From Actinomycetota bacterium (GTDB taxonomy: Bacteria > Actinomycetota > Actinomycetes > S36-B12 > UBA5976), in NCBI GenBank assembly GCA_009698575.1, contig WLPX01000002.1, positions 8,790 to 72,789 on the forward strand: a stretch of DNA of 64,000 nt. The letters run 5' to 3'. Within the stretch, counting starts at the first letter, position 1, and the number at the start of each line of letters is the position of its first letter. The position numbers and the translations under genes were made by a program. Positions 1-9,930 of this stretch are shown here, piece by piece. Below the pieces are notes generated by a model. It was given only the letters and a program-made list of their open reading frames with translations, was not told the DNA's origin and did not search any database.

Positions 1-2096
1 TTGTCGATCTCGCGCTGCGTTGAATAGATTCGTTCATGCCATCGAACATGTTCTTCGCGATCGGTGCAGCCATGACAGGCGTGCGCTCGAATTGCTTTGC
101 GCAATCTGGAAATCTCGACGTCAATTTTGGAATCCGAAATTTTCTCAGTCGGGACAGCTGGTGGCGCTGACTTTGCAATTACCGACATCTGATCTGCCAG
201 CCAGCTACGAGTTTTTGGTGATCTGGAATCAAATGTTGCCGGCAATCTGATTTGGCCGATAGTACGACCCTGATCACCAACATCGGTATAGCCAATTCGT
301 TTTACAACTCTAGTTTGAGACATAACGCGAGGACGAGGATCATCCATGTCCTGTGCCTCATCAATAACTACAAATGGCACACTTGAGCGCCTCGCAGCAT
401 CGATCACAATGACATCTCCGCGTTGCACCTCATTTAGAAAATTAGTTGCGGTATTTCTGCGTTCTCGCACGCCGTCGCGCTTGGTATCTTTTTCCAGATC
501 ACTAAGTTGACGACGCAGCGACATATAAGACGCGAAATCTCCTAAGTGACATTCCATTGCCTCTTGATAGCCATCAATGGCATCTTCACTTCGACGCATT
601 TGGGTGGCTAAGCCAACAACAGAACGATCAGCTTGGAATTGGGCAAAAGATGATTCCAGCAACTCACGCGCTCGATGGGTTCCAAACTTCTCGATCAAAT
701 TAATGGCCATGTTGTAGGAAGGTTTAAAACTAGATTTCAATGGATAAGTTCTGGCGCTCGCTAGCCCAGCCAGTGAATCTGGATCTAATTCGGAGTGCCA
801 AACCACAATTGCATGGCCTTGGGTATCTATGCCACGTCGACCGGCTCGCCCAGTTAGCTGTGTGTACTCACCAGCAGTAACTGCAGCATGCACTGACCCG
901 TTCCATTTAGTCAACTTCTCCAGTACAACACTGCGAGCTGGCATGTTAATACCCAGTGCAAGAGTCTCCGTAGCAAAGACAACTTTGACTAAGCCAGCCT
1001 GGAAAAGTTGCTCGACAACTACTTTGAACGCTGGCAACAAACCTGCATGGTGAGCTGCTATCCCTCGTTCTAATCCATCGCACCACGATGCAAACCCCAA
1101 AATTCGTAGTTCTTCGGAACTGGCATCAGGAAAATGGGCATCGACTATGCCGCGGATCTCTAGGCGTTCTTCGGCGGTTGTGACGGATAGGCCACCGGCA
1201 AGGCACTGCGAAACTGCATCATCACAGGCAGCCCGGGAAAAAATGAAAGTAATGCTTGGCAATAAACCAGCGCGGTCTAGTTCTTCAATCACTTCGACGC
1301 GCGAGGGCGTATATCGACTTCGGAACCGATTGCTACGGCCGTAACCATGGCGGGCGTTTTGCCGATCGTTACGCGCAATTCGTTGCAACTCAGGGCTGAC
1401 CTTAGTTCGTGCCTTGTCTACGAATAGATCGTGTAGCTCGTCCCCGACCATTACATGTTGATGCAATGGAATTGGCCGATGTTCTTCGACGATCACTTGC
1501 GTTTGGCCTCGAACCGTTCGCAGCCAATCACCAAACTCTTCAGCGTTACTTACAGTTGCAGAAAGCGCGATCACTGAAACGGAAACAGGTAAGTGAATGA
1601 TTACTTCTTCCCACACCGCTCCCCTGGATCGATCAGCCAAGTAATGAACTTCATCCATAACGACGTGGCTGAGCTCACGGATGCCACTTGAGCCTTCATA
1701 GAGCATGTTGCGTAGCACTTCAGTTGTCATAACAACTATCGGAGCATCGCCATTAATGCTGTTATCACCAGTTAGTAGTCCGACATTTTCAGCGCCGTAA
1801 AACTCTACGAATTCATTAAACTTTTGGTTTGATAGCGCTTTAATTGGCGTGGTATAAAAACAGCGAGATTGCTTGGACAGCGCGGTATAGACCGCAAATT
1901 GACCCACTACGGTCTTGCCCGCACTTGTCGGGGCGGCAACTAAGACCCCAGATCCTTCATCGATAGCTCGACAGGCTTGTACTTGGAAATCATCCAGCGT
2001 AAAACTTAGGGATTCCTGAAATGAACCAAGTAAACCTTTGGAATCTTTGACCCTAGTTTTTGCAGCTGCATAACGAGCAGCTGGCGAATTGGTCAT
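1..2096 (-). CDS. helY: HelY / Ski2-like DEAD/DEAH-box helicase (3' end runs off the window)
   Basis: Hand translation from ATG 2096: MTNSPAARYAAAK...LDDFQVQACRAI...VAAPTSAGKT (Walker A), later MDEVHY (motif II); usual position downstream of tatC and lipid kinase. Not in ORF track because the stop is outside the window. Confidence 0.93.
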   Translation of the reverse strand, partial: MTNSPAARYAAAKTRVKDSKGLLGSFQESLSFTLDDFQVQACRAIDEGSGVLVAAPTSAGKTVVGQFAVYTALSKQSRCFYTTPIKALSNQKFNEFVEFYGAENVGLLTGDNSINGDAPIVVMTTEVLRNMLYEGSSGIRELSHVVMDEVHYLADRSRGAVWEEVIIHLPVSVSVIALSATVSNAEEFGDWLRTVRGQTQVIVEEHRPIPLHQHVMVGDELHDLFVDKARTKVSPELQRIARNDRQNARHGYGRSNRFRSRYTPSRVEVIEELDRAGLLPSITFIFSRAACDDAVSQCLAGGLSVTTAEERLEIRGIVDAHFPDASSEELRILGFASWCDGLERGIAAHHAGLLPAFKVVVEQLFQAGLVKVVFATETLALGINMPARSVVLEKLTKWNGSVHAAVTAGEYTQLTGRAGRRGIDTQGHAIVVWHSELDPDSLAGLASARTYPLKSSFKPSYNMAINLIEKFGTHRARELLESSFAQFQADRSVVGLATQMRRSEDAIDGYQEAMECHLGDFASYMSLRRQLSDLEKDTKRDGVRERRNTATNFLNEVQRGDVIVIDAARRSSVPFVVIDEAQDMDDPRPRVMSQTRVVKRIGYTDVGDQGRTIGQIRLPATFDSRSPKTRSWLADQMSVIAKSAPPAVPTEKISDSKIDVEISRLRKAIRAHACHGCTDREEHVRWHERIYSTQREID

Positions 2097-2105
2097 GGTT
2101 ACAGA

Positions 2106-2990
2106 TTACGGCGTTGTTGTTGCCTGCGCTTGCCACACACGCACGCCACCAGGAATCAACATGACTTTGATCGGGCCAACACCCACACGTTCTCCATCGG
2201 CATAAACCGGAAATGATTCACCGCCGAGCGCGATCCCTGAATCACTGTCCTGTCGAACTTTTGGATGTTTCACATGTCCACCCCAGAAAACTTTCGGAAG
2301 CACACGAACTAACAATCTGCGAGTTACTTGAGCGACGTATGTGATCTCAAACTGTCCATCGCTGGCGTTTGCGGTCGGACAGATTTTCATACCGCCGCCG
2401 TACGACGAAGTGTTACCTACCGCAACCAAAGTGAGTTTCTCGGAGAACTTTGCAGATGACTTTGGCGCAACATCAAAGGCACATACCGACATTTTTGATA
2501 ACTCGACAAAAAGGGCAACCAAATACTTCAGGGTTCCTGACGGACCGCGATAGGTATTTGCGCGTTCATTAACTTGCGCATCAAATCCACAGCTGGCTAC
2601 CCCAAGAAACTTGTGTTCATTTCCATCCGGGGTTTCTATGATGCCAAAATCGATTTGGTTCCAAGCACCGGACTGCAAAATTTCTAGTCCGGATTTGGGA
2701 TTCTTGATTTTTAGGTATCTTGCAAAATCATTTCCAGTCCCCAGCGGAATTACCGCCAAGGAAATTTCGTGGTTGGGAAGTGAATTTAGCGCTAGGTGTA
2801 CCGTTCCATCGCCACCGCAGGCAACAACAACCAGATCAAGGTGCTCATGATGCAGTTGCTGAATTTCCGGTCGTAAATCCTGTGCGTTGGTACCTTGCAA
2901 TACGAGTGCACCGTGACTTATTAGGCCTGAGACAATTCGCTTACCTTTGCGTGACTTCCATACGGTTGGCTTAACTAGCAAAGCCAACAT
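2106..2990 (-). CDS. Diacylglycerol/lipid kinase family protein (YegS/Rv2252-like)
   Basis: GGDGT, PLGTGNDFAR, GFDA, SYGGG and YADGE motifs. Confidence 0.9.
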   Translation of the reverse strand: MLALLVKPTVWKSRKGKRIVSGLISHGALVLQGTNAQDLRPEIQQLHHEHLDLVVVACGGDGTVHLALNSLPNHEISLAVIPLGTGNDFARYLKIKNPKSGLEILQSGAWNQIDFGIIETPDGNEHKFLGVASCGFDAQVNERANTYRGPSGTLKYLVALFVELSKMSVCAFDVAPKSSAKFSEKLTLVAVGNTSSYGGGMKICPTANASDGQFEITYVAQVTRRLLVRVLPKVFWGGHVKHPKVRQDSDSGIALGGESFPVYADGERVGVGPIKVMLIPGGVRVWQAQATTTP

Positions 2991-2992
2991 CG

Positions 2993-3763
2993 TTAGAGAT
3001 CTTCCTGGGCACGGATTTTAGATCTACGACGATCGTTGAGGATTGCAATGCCAACTGCAGTGAAACTAAGCACGATCATGGGTAACGCAACGAAAGTCAT
3101 GGCGAGTGGATCACCATTTGGAGTGGCTACGGCGCCAAAAACGAAGCTGCCCAGTATCAACCAGCGCCAAGCGGCACGAAGTTTCTCTCCACTTAAAATG
3201 CCAGCAAAGTTAAGGCCGACCAAAATGAGGGGCAACAAGAATCCAATTCCGAAAAACAAAGTCAAGTGCAGGAAAAAACTTAAATAGCTCTCAACACTGG
3301 TGACATTCTGTACGTCTGTCGGAGTAAATTCAAACAAGATGTCTAGCATCCGTGGCATTACGTAGTACGCAAGCAACACTCCGCTGGCGAACAGTGGCAC
3401 AGCAATCGCCGTGAATGCGTAGGCCCACTTGCGTTCCTTACTTTTGAGGCCTGGTGAAACAAAGCGCCAAAGCTGATAAATCCAAATTGGACTCGAGAGC
3501 ACCACCGCAGCAGCCAGTGACACTCGCAATTGCAGCGAGAAGCCGCTGGTAACACCTGTGAGTGCGAGTACCGCATTCGATCCAGGTCCTTGTACGTTGT
3601 CGTAAGGTGCACGAATTAACGCAAATATTGTTGGAAACTGATTCCATACTGCAATTGTGCAAATGATTAGGGCTAGTGCACTGCGTACCAGGCGACGGCG
3701 CAATTCGGTGAAATGCTCCGCCAGCGTCATAGCTCCTAGATTTTGCGCTTCTGTCGAGCTCAT
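2993..3763 (-). CDS. tatC: Twin-arginine translocase subunit TatC
   Basis: MTLAEHFTELRRRL, WIYQLWRFVSPGL..KER, ATPNGDP; multiple TM segments. Confidence 0.96.
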   Translation of the reverse strand: MSSTEAQNLGAMTLAEHFTELRRRLVRSALALIICTIAVWNQFPTIFALIRAPYDNVQGPGSNAVLALTGVTSGFSLQLRVSLAAAVVLSSPIWIYQLWRFVSPGLKSKERKWAYAFTAIAVPLFASGVLLAYYVMPRMLDILFEFTPTDVQNVTSVESYLSFFLHLTLFFGIGFLLPLILVGLNFAGILSGEKLRAAWRWLILGSFVFGAVATPNGDPLAMTFVALPMIVLSFTAVGIAILNDRRRSKIRAQEDL

Positions 3764-3772
3764 GCCTTTGAA

Positions 3773-3949
3773 TTAGATCTTGTCAGGGGTATTACTTGAG
3801 TCATCCTTGTCGGTGTCCAACTCAGACTTAAAGATCTTGATTGATTTACCAACGCTTTTAGCAGCATCTGGAAGTCGACGGGCACCAAAAAGTACGATGA
3901 CCAGCAATAGCAAAATAATTGCCGCTGGCGAGTCAAATAGGGCGCGCAT
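3773..3949 (-). CDS. tatA: Twin-arginine translocase subunit TatA (58 aa)
   Basis: Hand translation MRALFDSPAAIILLLLVIVLFGARRLPDAAKSVGKSIKIFKSEL...; FG..RLP hinge; AAGGAG SD upstream; directly upstream of tatC. Confidence 0.95.
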   Translation of the reverse strand: MRALFDSPAAIILLLLVIVLFGARRLPDAAKSVGKSIKIFKSELDTDKDDSSNTPDKI

Positions 3950-3991
3950 TTTTACTCCTTATTTATGATGTCTCAACGGTATCGCATAACT

Positions 3992-4024
3992 AAAAGAATA
4001 AGGCTGAGTGGGCTATTCCCAGCC
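3992..4024 (-). terminator. Possible intrinsic terminator at the pafC 3' end
   Basis: Minus strand GGCTGGG-9nt-CTCAGCC stem (one G-U pair) followed by TTATTCTTTT. Confidence 0.4.
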
Positions 4025-4909
4025 CTTTGCCCGTTCAATGACTCCAGCGACTAGATCAGGCGGCCCGACGGCGCGCATTCGACCGCCCGAAGCAAGCACT
4101 AGTGAAATCAACCAGTCTCGGGAATAAACCTTGAGTTCAACCTCTACGGCGTGCCACATGTATTCCTTGAAACTCAGGATGTCGACTTGATCAAGAGTTC
4201 CGTAGTACGCCTTATCAAGCTCGATTACACCTAGGTAATCTCTAATGGCTTCACGGACTTCAATTGCCTCAGGAATATCAATGGGCTCAGCAGTTGAAGA
4301 GATTGCTACAACGCGATCAAGTCGAAAGTTTCGCCAAGCCTGCGATGTTCGGCACCAGGCTCTGAGGTAGGTAAAGTCGTCACGCACATACATGGCAACA
4401 GGATCCACCTTTCGCTGTGATACATCATCTTTTGACACCGCAGCATACGAAATCTCGATTGCAACATGTGAAGCTATAGCTTGTTCAACTTCGACAACGA
4501 CTGCTGCCGAAACTGGAGCTGCAACCACGTCTACTAGGTTTTCTGGATTCGGAATCACGGACGCAATCTTGGTGATCAATCCAGCAACCACTTTCACATC
4601 TGCCAAGGCAGGAAACTGCTCCAAGTAATGCAATCCGGCAATTAGTGAAGCTGCTTCGAAACTATTTAGTTTTACTGGTCGATCAAGTGCTTTTGCATCA
4701 GTTACGAAGATTGATTCAGCATCTTCAAAATCAATGTCTACCAATCCTCCACCATCTTGTGATGGTCCGGTCACAACGAGTTGTCCAATCAGTTCGAGTG
4801 CGTGCTTTTCACTCACGTCGAACTGCTCAGCAATTTCCTTGAGCGAAGAGCCATTGTTCGCAACTAGCCAAGGTAACAACTCAATCAAAACTTCGAGGTC
4901 ATTCGCCAT
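4013..4909 (-). CDS. pafC: WYL-domain transcriptional regulator PafC
   Basis: N-terminal HTH; WYL domain (R.VDP...YLRAWC...RNFRLDRV); overlaps pafB stop. Confidence 0.9.
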   Translation of the reverse strand: MANDLEVLIELLPWLVANNGSSLKEIAEQFDVSEKHALELIGQLVVTGPSQDGGGLVDIDFEDAESIFVTDAKALDRPVKLNSFEAASLIAGLHYLEQFPALADVKVVAGLITKIASVIPNPENLVDVVAAPVSAAVVVEVEQAIASHVAIEISYAAVSKDDVSQRKVDPVAMYVRDDFTYLRAWCRTSQAWRNFRLDRVVAISSTAEPIDIPEAIEVREAIRDYLGVIELDKAYYGTLDQVDILSFKEYMWHAVEVELKVYSRDWLISLVLASGGRMRAVGPPDLVAGVIERAKGWE

Positions 4910-5855
4910 TGCTATGCGCCTTCAACGTGGTGACAATTACTCTGGAAACCGCGTCATGCAATGCAATAGGTTCGACTACCCGGACCACATCGCAGGCTCC
5001 AGCTATCAATCCAACTAGTTGCGACTCATGAAAATAAGGAACGGTCAGTTCATCCCATTCACTTCCAATGTTGCATTCACTTGCGAGTAATCGTAGTGAC
5101 GCACCCCGTCCAGGGCGCACGAGCAGCTTTGCCTGCAACGTAACAGCCTCGCCACTCTCCCACTGCGCGACAATGTCATGCACTTCAAAGTCTGTCGGAG
5201 CTGGTTCCAAAATTGCATCTTTGGTGATTGTAATGTCGCCAACAATGCGATCGGTGCGAAAGCTACGTAATTCACCTTTGTCTTGATCAAATCCGATTAA
5301 GTACCAATGCCCAGAATGCAGTAATGCTCGCCAAGGATCTACTGTGCGTCGAACCGGCTTTGCATCTAGGAGGCCAACATAGTCAAATGCAATGGTCTTA
5401 TTGTCAGTAATACTTTCAAGAATCTCGGTGATGTGGCGTCGACCTTTTGCCAGCGATACCGGTACTACTGGTAAATCATCCGATTCTTGCGCATCGATTC
5501 TGCGCACTGCTTGCTTTGCTGCGGTGCTCAATTGTGCGCTCTGCCACGCACTAGCTGCCAAACTCAAGTAGGTGCGCTCCTGTGCAGTTAGCACGATTTC
5601 TGGCATCAACCAGTCAGATCGATCGATTCGATATCCCAGGACATCATCATGAAATAGATCAACCGGTTTCGTCTCAAGTGGAATCGCCAACTCGCGAAGC
5701 GCAGCTTTATCGCGTTCAAACATTCGCTCGAAAGCGTCGTTTGAATCCCCGTAACCAGGTACGCGATCGCGAATCTGCTCTCGGGTAAGTGGCACTGAGG
5801 CATTTAGCAGCACGAACAACAGATTGAGCATGCGCTCAGTGCGTGCTTTTGCCAT
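4899..5855 (-). CDS. pafB: WYL-domain transcriptional regulator PafB
   Basis: TERMLNL, AFERMFERDKAALRELAIP, WYLIGFD...RSFRTDRI. Confidence 0.94.
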   Translation of the reverse strand: MAKARTERMLNLLFVLLNASVPLTREQIRDRVPGYGDSNDAFERMFERDKAALRELAIPLETKPVDLFHDDVLGYRIDRSDWLMPEIVLTAQERTYLSLAASAWQSAQLSTAAKQAVRRIDAQESDDLPVVPVSLAKGRRHITEILESITDNKTIAFDYVGLLDAKPVRRTVDPWRALLHSGHWYLIGFDQDKGELRSFRTDRIVGDITITKDAILEPAPTDFEVHDIVAQWESGEAVTLQAKLLVRPGRGASLRLLASECNIGSEWDELTVPYFHESQLVGLIAGACDVVRVVEPIALHDAVSRVIVTTLKAHSNGE

Positions 5856-5858
5856 TAC

Positions 5859-6218
5859 TTAAGAAACTGCTAGCAAGTCGATAATGAAAACTAGAGTCTT
5901 ACCAGAAAGTCTGTGACCACTACCTGCTGCGCCATAAGCCAGCTCCGGTGGAATTGTAAGTTTGCGACGACCGCCAACTTTCATACCTGGAATGCCTTCT
6001 TGCCAGCCGACAATCAGACCCTTGAGACGAAATTCGATGGATTCGCCTCGGTCCCATGAAGAATCAAACTGTTCACCGGTCTCGAAATCAATTCCGGCGT
6101 AATGCACGGTAACGGTTTGACCAGCACCTGCTTCGTCACCATCACCAATTGAAATGTCAGTGATAACTAATTCAGCTGGGGCTGGACCCTCGGGAAAATC
6201 AAACTCTGGCGGTTGCAT
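5859..6218 (-). CDS. FKBP-type peptidyl-prolyl isomerase (cytoplasmic)
   Basis: VHYAG, FDSSWDRG, GWQEGIPGMKVGGRRKLTIPPELAYG. Confidence 0.95.
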   Translation of the reverse strand: MQPPEFDFPEGPAPAELVITDISIGDGDEAGAGQTVTVHYAGIDFETGEQFDSSWDRGESIEFRLKGLIVGWQEGIPGMKVGGRRKLTIPPELAYGAAGSGHRLSGKTLVFIIDLLAVS

Positions 6219-6238
6219 ATGTTCCTCTGTCTCTTTGA

Positions 6239-6775
6239 CTATTCAAAACTTACTAGATCTACTACGAAAATTAAGGTCTCGCCCACTTCGATGCCGCTGC
6301 CTGGTGGTGGGTTATTGCCATAGCCAAGTTCAGCTGGAATAACTAGTAGGCGTCGACCACCCACCTGCATGCCAACTAAGCCCTCTTGCCATCCCATGAT
6401 TACTTGATCCAAAGGGAATGTAGCTGGCTCACCTCGAGACCATGAACCATCAAACATGGCGCCGGTGGCCGCGCCGTATCCCACATAGTGCGCAGTAACC
6501 GTAGCGCCAGCTGGAACCGCATCGCCTTCGCCAACTACAACGTCAGTGACTTGAAGTTCAGTTACCGGATCACCCGGCTTAATTGTGACAACCGGCTCCA
6601 CACCTAGTTCTGCGGATACTTCAACAGCTACTGGCACGCCAGTCAATTCAGGAACTGCAGGCGCGCTATTGACTGCTTCGCTCGAAGTTGAATCTCCAGC
6701 AGAACTACTGAGACTAGAACAACCCGAAAGGGCCAAAACAATAGAAAGAACAATTATTGGGCTTCGTTTCAACAT
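6239..6775 (-). CDS. FKBP-type peptidyl-prolyl isomerase, lipoprotein
   Basis: Signal peptide with LSGC lipobox, Ser-rich linker, FKBP domain (FDGSWSRG, GMQVGGRRLLVIPAELGYG). Confidence 0.92.
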   Translation of the reverse strand: MLKRSPIIVLSIVLALSGCSSLSSSAGDSTSSEAVNSAPAVPELTGVPVAVEVSAELGVEPVVTIKPGDPVTELQVTDVVVGEGDAVPAGATVTAHYVGYGAATGAMFDGSWSRGEPATFPLDQVIMGWQEGLVGMQVGGRRLLVIPAELGYGNNPPPGSGIEVGETLIFVVDLVSFE

Positions 6776-6797
6776 AGCGCAATCTTACAGGAGGCAA

Positions 6798-8189
6798 TCA
6801 GGTTGCAATTTGCATGGACTCTATTAAACGCTCGACTCGTTCATCGACGTTTGCAAACGGATCCTTACACAGAACCGTGCGTTGAGTCTGGTCATTCATC
6901 TTCAGGTGTACCCAATCGACGCTGATGTCTTTGCCAGCTTCCTGAGCCGCAGCAATAAAATCGCCACGCAATTTAGCGCGCGTTGTCTGTGGTGGCACAG
7001 TTTGGGCCTTAATGATTTCCTCGTCGGTCGTTACGCGCTTGGCTTTGCCATTCTTTTGTAGCAAGTAGAACAATCCGCGTGCTTGTGAAATATCGTGATA
7101 CATCAGGTCTAATTGAGCGACACGAGGCGACTCAAGATCTAGCCCATGTTTGTCTCGGTACGCATCAAGTAGTTGCAACTTAATTGCCCAGTCAATTTCC
7201 TGTGAGATTAAGGCATGGTTACCAGTCTGAACTGCGGTAAGCGTTCGTTCCCAAAGTTCAAGCGCAATCGCATGCTCTGGGGTGACATTCATGTCCCCGG
7301 TTGCAACATAAGTTTTAACCATGTCCAGGTAGGCCCATTGCATGTCCAATGCGGACATAGTGGAACCTGAATTTAATGTCACCAGTGCTTGCCCAGTTAT
7401 GTCGTGAGAAACATCACGAATCGCGCGAATCGGATTTTCCAAAGTGAAATCGCGCGTCAAGTTTCCAGTTTCTAGCAAGCGCAAGACGAAGTCCATCGAT
7501 ATGACTTTCAACAAAGTTGTCATCTCTGACATGTTGGAATCACCAACAATTACGTGCAGTCTCCGAAATGCTTCGGAATCTGCGTGGGGCTCATCTCGAG
7601 TATTGATGATGGGGCGAGAACGCGTTGTGGCACTTGATACGCCCTCCCACATGTGATCAGCCCGCTGCGAGAGTGAATAAATTGTGCCGCGCGGTGTGGT
7701 CAATACTTTTCCGGCGCCGCAGATCAATTGGCGAGTGATCAAAAATGGAAGCAAAGCTTCAATTTGCTCTAGATAATCCTGTCGACGCTTGATCAAGAAG
7801 TTTTCATGACAGCCGTATGAGTTGCCACCAGAGTCAGTGTTGTTTTTAAATAGATAGATTTCACCTTCGATGCCCTCTTCGGCCAACCGATCTTGGGCAT
7901 CAACAATCAACTCTTCTAGAATTCGCTCACCGGCTTTATCCTGCACGATCAAATCGTGAAAATCATCGCACTCAGCTGTTGCGTACTCGGGATGACTGCC
8001 AACATCAAGATAAAGCCGAGCACCATTAGTAAGGAAGACATTTGAGCTTCTACCCCACGAGACCACACGCTTGAAGAGATAGCGCGCTACTTCATCCGGA
8101 GTTAGCCGACGTTGCCCTTGAAATGTGCAAGTGACACCGAACTCGGTTTCAATTCCGAAAATTCGCTTGTCTAGGCGACCAGAAGACAC
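6798..8189 (-). CDS. pafA: Pup--protein ligase
   Basis: [65 protein letters not shown]. Confidence 0.97.
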   Translation of the reverse strand: MSSGRLDKRIFGIETEFGVTCTFQGQRRLTPDEVARYLFKRVVSWGRSSNVFLTNGARLYLDVGSHPEYATAECDDFHDLIVQDKAGERILEELIVDAQDRLAEEGIEGEIYLFKNNTDSGGNSYGCHENFLIKRRQDYLEQIEALLPFLITRQLICGAGKVLTTPRGTIYSLSQRADHMWEGVSSATTRSRPIINTRDEPHADSEAFRRLHVIVGDSNMSEMTTLLKVISMDFVLRLLETGNLTRDFTLENPIRAIRDVSHDITGQALVTLNSGSTMSALDMQWAYLDMVKTYVATGDMNVTPEHAIALELWERTLTAVQTGNHALISQEIDWAIKLQLLDAYRDKHGLDLESPRVAQLDLMYHDISQARGLFYLLQKNGKAKRVTTDEEIIKAQTVPPQTTRAKLRGDFIAAAQEAGKDISVDWVHLKMNDQTQRTVLCKDPFANVDERVERLIESMQIAT

Positions 8190-8369
8190 TTACTGTCCGC
8201 CCTTTTGCACGAAGCCTTTAACGAACTCTTCGGCATTTTCTTCCAGAACTAAGTCAATGGCATCCAGTAGATCAGTGACATCTAAATCCGATGCTGACGC
8301 AGTGGGCAAGGCTAGATCTTCTGCACTATCGCGCTCCGAGCCACCCTTTGCAAATTCGCGTTCCGTCAT
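8190..8369 (-). CDS. pup: Prokaryotic ubiquitin-like protein Pup (59 aa, GGQ type)
   Basis: Hand translation MTEREFAKGGSERDSAEDLALPTASASDLDVTDLLDAIDLVLEENAEEFVKGFVQKGGQ*; SD-like AAGGGG; lies between dop and pafA. Confidence 0.97.
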   Translation of the reverse strand: MTEREFAKGGSERDSAEDLALPTASASDLDVTDLLDAIDLVLEENAEEFVKGFVQKGGQ

Positions 8370-8400
8370 GATGTCCCCTTACCAGTTATTTGGATTCAGC

Positions 8401-9921
8401 CTATTCCAGAATGTGCGCTGGCGTGAGGTTGGCTAGCAACTGCTCTGCCGAGCTACTCTGCGCAAACAACTGGGCTGTGGCTAGTTCTGTCCCCCCGCGT
8501 GCATCTGGCGTCGAGATTCGCTTAAGTGGAATCTGGTCACCCAAATCCAAAATCACTGAATCCCAAGATGCTGCCGCCACTTGATCAACGTATTTGGAAA
8601 CACAGTTTCCCCGAAAATACGCCCGGGTATCAGTTGGTGGGTTGGCAACGGCTTGGGAGATTTGCTCTTCACTAAACATAATTTCCATCTTGCCTTTTTG
8701 CTGCAGAACTCGAGCTAGGCCCTTATCCGGACGCAAATCCGAGAACTGGATATCAATGGCCGCCAACCGAGAATCATTCCAAAGCATCTGTTCGCGGTTG
8801 CGATAGCCATTCATTATGGACAACTTGGTGATCCAATCCACTTCACCAACTAGTGACATGGGATTAGTTTCCAGCGTTTGCAAAATGCGTCCCCATAGTT
8901 GCACCACATCATGGCTCATCGGATCTTCATCACGAGTAGCCACCAGGAACTCTGCAGCCGATCGTTGGTAGTGCTTTTGCATTTCTAGTGCTGACATTTC
9001 AGAACCGTCACGCAATCGCTGTTTGGTTTCAAACTTGTAGTCATGACTTACTAGGTGCATGGAGGTCACAGGATCGTAAAGTTCAAAGTCCACCTTCAAA
9101 AATTCAGACTCGATCATGCTGAGCACGATTGCAGTAGCGCCCATCTTTAGATAAGTCATGCGATGTGACATGTTTGCGTCACCAATGATGACGTGCAGCC
9201 TGCGGTGCAAATCTGGATTGGCATGCGGTTCATCGCGCGTATTAATAATTGGCCTACGTAGTGTGGTCTCGAGCCCCACTTCGGCTTCAAAGAAATCCGC
9301 ACGCTGCGAAATTTGAAATCCAGGTTCAATCACCTCTTGTCCAATTCCAACGCGACCCGCGCCAGCAAAAATACATCGCGTCACAAAAAAAGGTGTGAGG
9401 TATTTAACCAAATCCAAAAACGGAACTTCGCGGGATACTTGATAGTTCTCATGTGTTCCATAGCTAACGCCTTTGCCGTCAGTGTTGTTCTTGTAAACCG
9501 TGATCAATTCGCCTGTGATTGAACTTACCAACCTGGCACTCTTTTCAATGATGCGATCCCCGGCGTTATCCCACAGCGCGGCGTCGTATGGATTGGTAAC
9601 TTCCGGCGAGGCATATTCGGGATGCGCATGGTCTACGTAATACCTAGCGCCATTTGGTAAAACTAGATTCGCTAGTCCGTAATCGTCATCCGTAAGTTGA
9701 CTAGGGTCCGCTTCAGCTCTTGACATATCAAAGCCACGAGCATCCCGAAGCGGCGATTCGACATCGTAATCCCATCGCATTCGCCGGATTCGATTTGGCA
9801 TAACTTCATTGCCGTAAGCATTAACAACTTGACTGGATAGCAGCATTGGGTTCGCGCTGGAATCTTTGGGATTGGAAATTCCAAATTCGGACTCGATGCC
9901 CATGATTCGTCTAACCGACAT
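8401..9921 (-). CDS. dop: Pup deamidase/depupylase Dop
   Basis: RRIMGIESEFGI, WDYDVESPLRDARG, NGARYYVDHAHPEY, PPTDTRAYFRG, AASWDSV. Confidence 0.97.
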   Translation of the reverse strand: MSVRRIMGIESEFGISNPKDSSANPMLLSSQVVNAYGNEVMPNRIRRMRWDYDVESPLRDARGFDMSRAEADPSQLTDDDYGLANLVLPNGARYYVDHAHPEYASPEVTNPYDAALWDNAGDRIIEKSARLVSSITGELITVYKNNTDGKGVSYGTHENYQVSREVPFLDLVKYLTPFFVTRCIFAGAGRVGIGQEVIEPGFQISQRADFFEAEVGLETTLRRPIINTRDEPHANPDLHRRLHVIIGDANMSHRMTYLKMGATAIVLSMIESEFLKVDFELYDPVTSMHLVSHDYKFETKQRLRDGSEMSALEMQKHYQRSAAEFLVATRDEDPMSHDVVQLWGRILQTLETNPMSLVGEVDWITKLSIMNGYRNREQMLWNDSRLAAIDIQFSDLRPDKGLARVLQQKGKMEIMFSEEQISQAVANPPTDTRAYFRGNCVSKYVDQVAAASWDSVILDLGDQIPLKRISTPDARGGTELATAQLFAQSSSAEQLLANLTPAHILE

Positions 9922-9930
9922 GGTTACAAC

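Noticed and set aside
20-1600. Four short plus-strand ORFs at the window start
   Set aside because: All lie antisense within helY, which the track missed because its stop is outside the window.
4013-5855. WYL proteins as markers of an anti-phage or CRISPR system
   Set aside because: Sequence and position identify them as PafB and PafC; no cas or defence genes and no repeat array in the window.
8125-8436. 103-aa plus-strand ORF in the dop-pafA gap
   Set aside because: Antisense to pup, which is unmistakable on the minus strand.
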